A stretch of DNA of 64,000 bases from assembly GCA_965215735.1 (NCBI GenBank), contig CBDCEF010000002.1, positions 394,161-458,160 of the forward strand, written 5' to 3'. A program made the position numbers and the translations under genes. The stretch is from Dehalococcoidia bacterium (GTDB lineage: Bacteria; Chloroflexota; Dehalococcoidia; Lucifugimonadales; UBA1123). Shown here piece by piece: positions 62,993 through 64,000 of the stretch. The notes under the pieces were generated by a model. That model saw only the letters and a program-made list of their open reading frames with translations. It was not told where the DNA came from and searched no databases. Numbering within the stretch: position 1 is the stretch's first letter; every line of letters starts with the position of its first letter.

Positions 62993-63211
62993 TTATGAGC
63001 GAACGATCAGGACCGGATCTCCTGACTCTCTGACTACAGCCTCGGCCACGCTCCCGAGCAACATTCGACTCACCCTCGAGCGTCCGTGCGCGGCTAAGAC
63101 AATCATGCTGTGATCCGTCCTGCGGGCCAGATCAGCTATCACGGAGGAGGGTTTCCCTCGAAAGAGTTCCGCTCCAACTTCCAGCCCTTCTTTGCGCAGC
63201 TGCCTGGCGCT
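62993..63211 (-). pseudogene. C-terminal part of a universal stress protein (UspA family) gene
   Basis: ..GKPSSVIADLARRTDHSMIVLAAHGRSRVSRMLLGSVAEAVVRESGDPVLIVRS is the typical Usp C-terminus. Its N-terminus has been replaced by IS66 sequence. Confidence 0.6.
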
Positions 63212-63417
63212 TCCCGCTCGCTTGGCCTCGGCGAGTTCCTTACGCAACTCTTTGATCGTCGCCGTCAGACACGCAACCTGATCTTGCTGTCGGCTGACCA
63301 GGGCGATCAGCTCGTCGTGTTCACAGGGGGGAGAGTCTTTGTCAGTACACATAGCCAGAGTATAAGAACCTTGATCTGCCTATCGCAATCCCACCACCGA
63401 CGCCGCTAATCAATTAC
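63212..63417 (-). mobile_element. 5' fragment of an IS66-family element (left IR plus the first 47 or so codons)
   Basis: The IR GTAATTGATTAGCGG (reverse complement of 63403-63417) lies 65 nt from the ATG at 63352, exactly as in the full copy (34046 to 34111). MCTDKDSPPCEHDELI... parallels MCTDKDRPPCEHDDLV... Confidence 0.75.
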
Positions 63418-63538
63418 GTTACGTTGAATGTCCCGTCCACAGTGATCGCATGCTAGCAGCCTGTCTGAGGAATGACTGACGTAGCCGCCGGGTCAGGGAG
63501 AACAGGCCGCGACGACTATTGGCGCCGGTTGCAGCCAC

Positions 63539-64000
63539 TCAGACCCGGGTCGCTTTGCCAATGGCACCGTGTTCACGATCCCGGCGAAGTCGCTGATGCG
63601 TTGGACAGACCTGTTGACCCGTGCTTCGCTGGACAGATCGGCACTCAGAGCGGAACAGCTTCAACAGGTTGTGACCGGTGCAGATCAGCGACCACTCTCC
63701 GTTCACCTTCTCCAGTCCCCGCAGCAGGAACTGTCGGAAGCCCCAGCCCTGTTTGACCTGGCCGAATACCGGCTCAACCGTCTCCATTCGAAGGGCGTAT
63801 CGCTGACGACCACGCCTGGTCTGCAATTTCCGTCGCATCCGATCCCTGGGAGACAGCCGACCGGGTATGCGACCGCGGGGAGCCGGGGGCGGCACCCTGC
63901 CGTGGCGGGTCTTATCCGGTGCAATGAACGGCTCCACACCCAGCGCATGTATCTCACCGACTGCCTTTGTCGAGTAGTAGCCGGCGTCGGCGGATACTTC
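63539..64000 (-). CDS. IS1182/IS5-like DDE transposase, C-terminal part (5' end outside window)
   Basis: RMETVEPVFGQVKQGWGFRQFLLRGLEKVNGEWSLICTGHNLLKL is the conserved C-terminal block. The frame stays open to the window edge. Confidence 0.7.
   Translation of the reverse strand, partial: EVSADAGYYSTKAVGEIHALGVEPFIAPDKTRHGRVPPPAPRGRIPGRLSPRDRMRRKLQTRRGRQRYALRMETVEPVFGQVKQGWGFRQFLLRGLEKVNGEWSLICTGHNLLKLFRSECRSVQRSTGQQVCPTHQRLRRDREHGAIGKATRV

Noticed and set aside
1-64000. tRNA, rRNA, tmRNA or riboswitch elements other than rnpB.
   Set aside because: A scan by eye of the intergenic regions found no cloverleaf-like or otherwise recognisable conserved RNA motifs. This is weak negative evidence. 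tRNAscan-SE and Infernal/Rfam should be run to confirm it.

Overview
High-GC bacterial chromosome segment, roughly 63% GC in spot counts of single 60-nt lines. Housekeeping genes are interleaved with a large amount of accessory and mobile DNA. Phylum cannot be assigned from sequence alone; the many Uma2 paralogs, DUF5679, the REP-like hairpins and the eukaryote-like LRR and serpin genes suggest a Chloroflexota-like or host-associated organism.

Core genes:
- SDR oxidoreductase
- RNase P RNA (rnpB, type A)
- DEAD-box RNA helicase
- class III CoA-transferase
- enolase-superfamily enzyme
- RND efflux permease
- SRPBCC protein
- RNase III
- cysteine-dioxygenase-like cupin with a four-domain rhodanese
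- NfeD, flotillin and SelA-like operon
- CaCA and CPA2 cation transporters

Accessory content:
- Three direct copies of the rnpB 3' end bracket two inserted segments. These carry a secreted plant-type LRR protein and a 1114-aa fused nuclease/N6-methyltransferase/TRD restriction-modification-like enzyme.
- Five Uma2-family endonuclease paralogs.
- A truncated phage or GTA head module (small terminase, large terminase, portal).
- Two vapBC pairs and a prokaryotic serpin.
- Tandem endonuclease VII genes.
- Two paralogous heptad-repeat proteins.
- At least six IS lineages: two ISNCY-like copies plus a fragment, IS66 plus a fragment, a frameshifted ISKra4-like element, an IS21-family element with a nested insertion, and an IS1182-like element at the window edge.

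The most system-like locus is a visibly lower-GC cassette at 52.97-56.37 kb. It encodes an AAA+ ATPase translationally coupled to a subtilase (S8) gene, which a 17-nt imperfect tandem duplication splits into two ORFs. This looks IetAS-like. It lies between two direct copies of an IS21 right-end repeat and next to a restriction-modification gene remnant.

A family of about 27-nt GTCATTCC...GGAATCCAG hairpin repeats is scattered through the intergenic DNA. One inverted pair tightly brackets a GIY-YIG nuclease gene.
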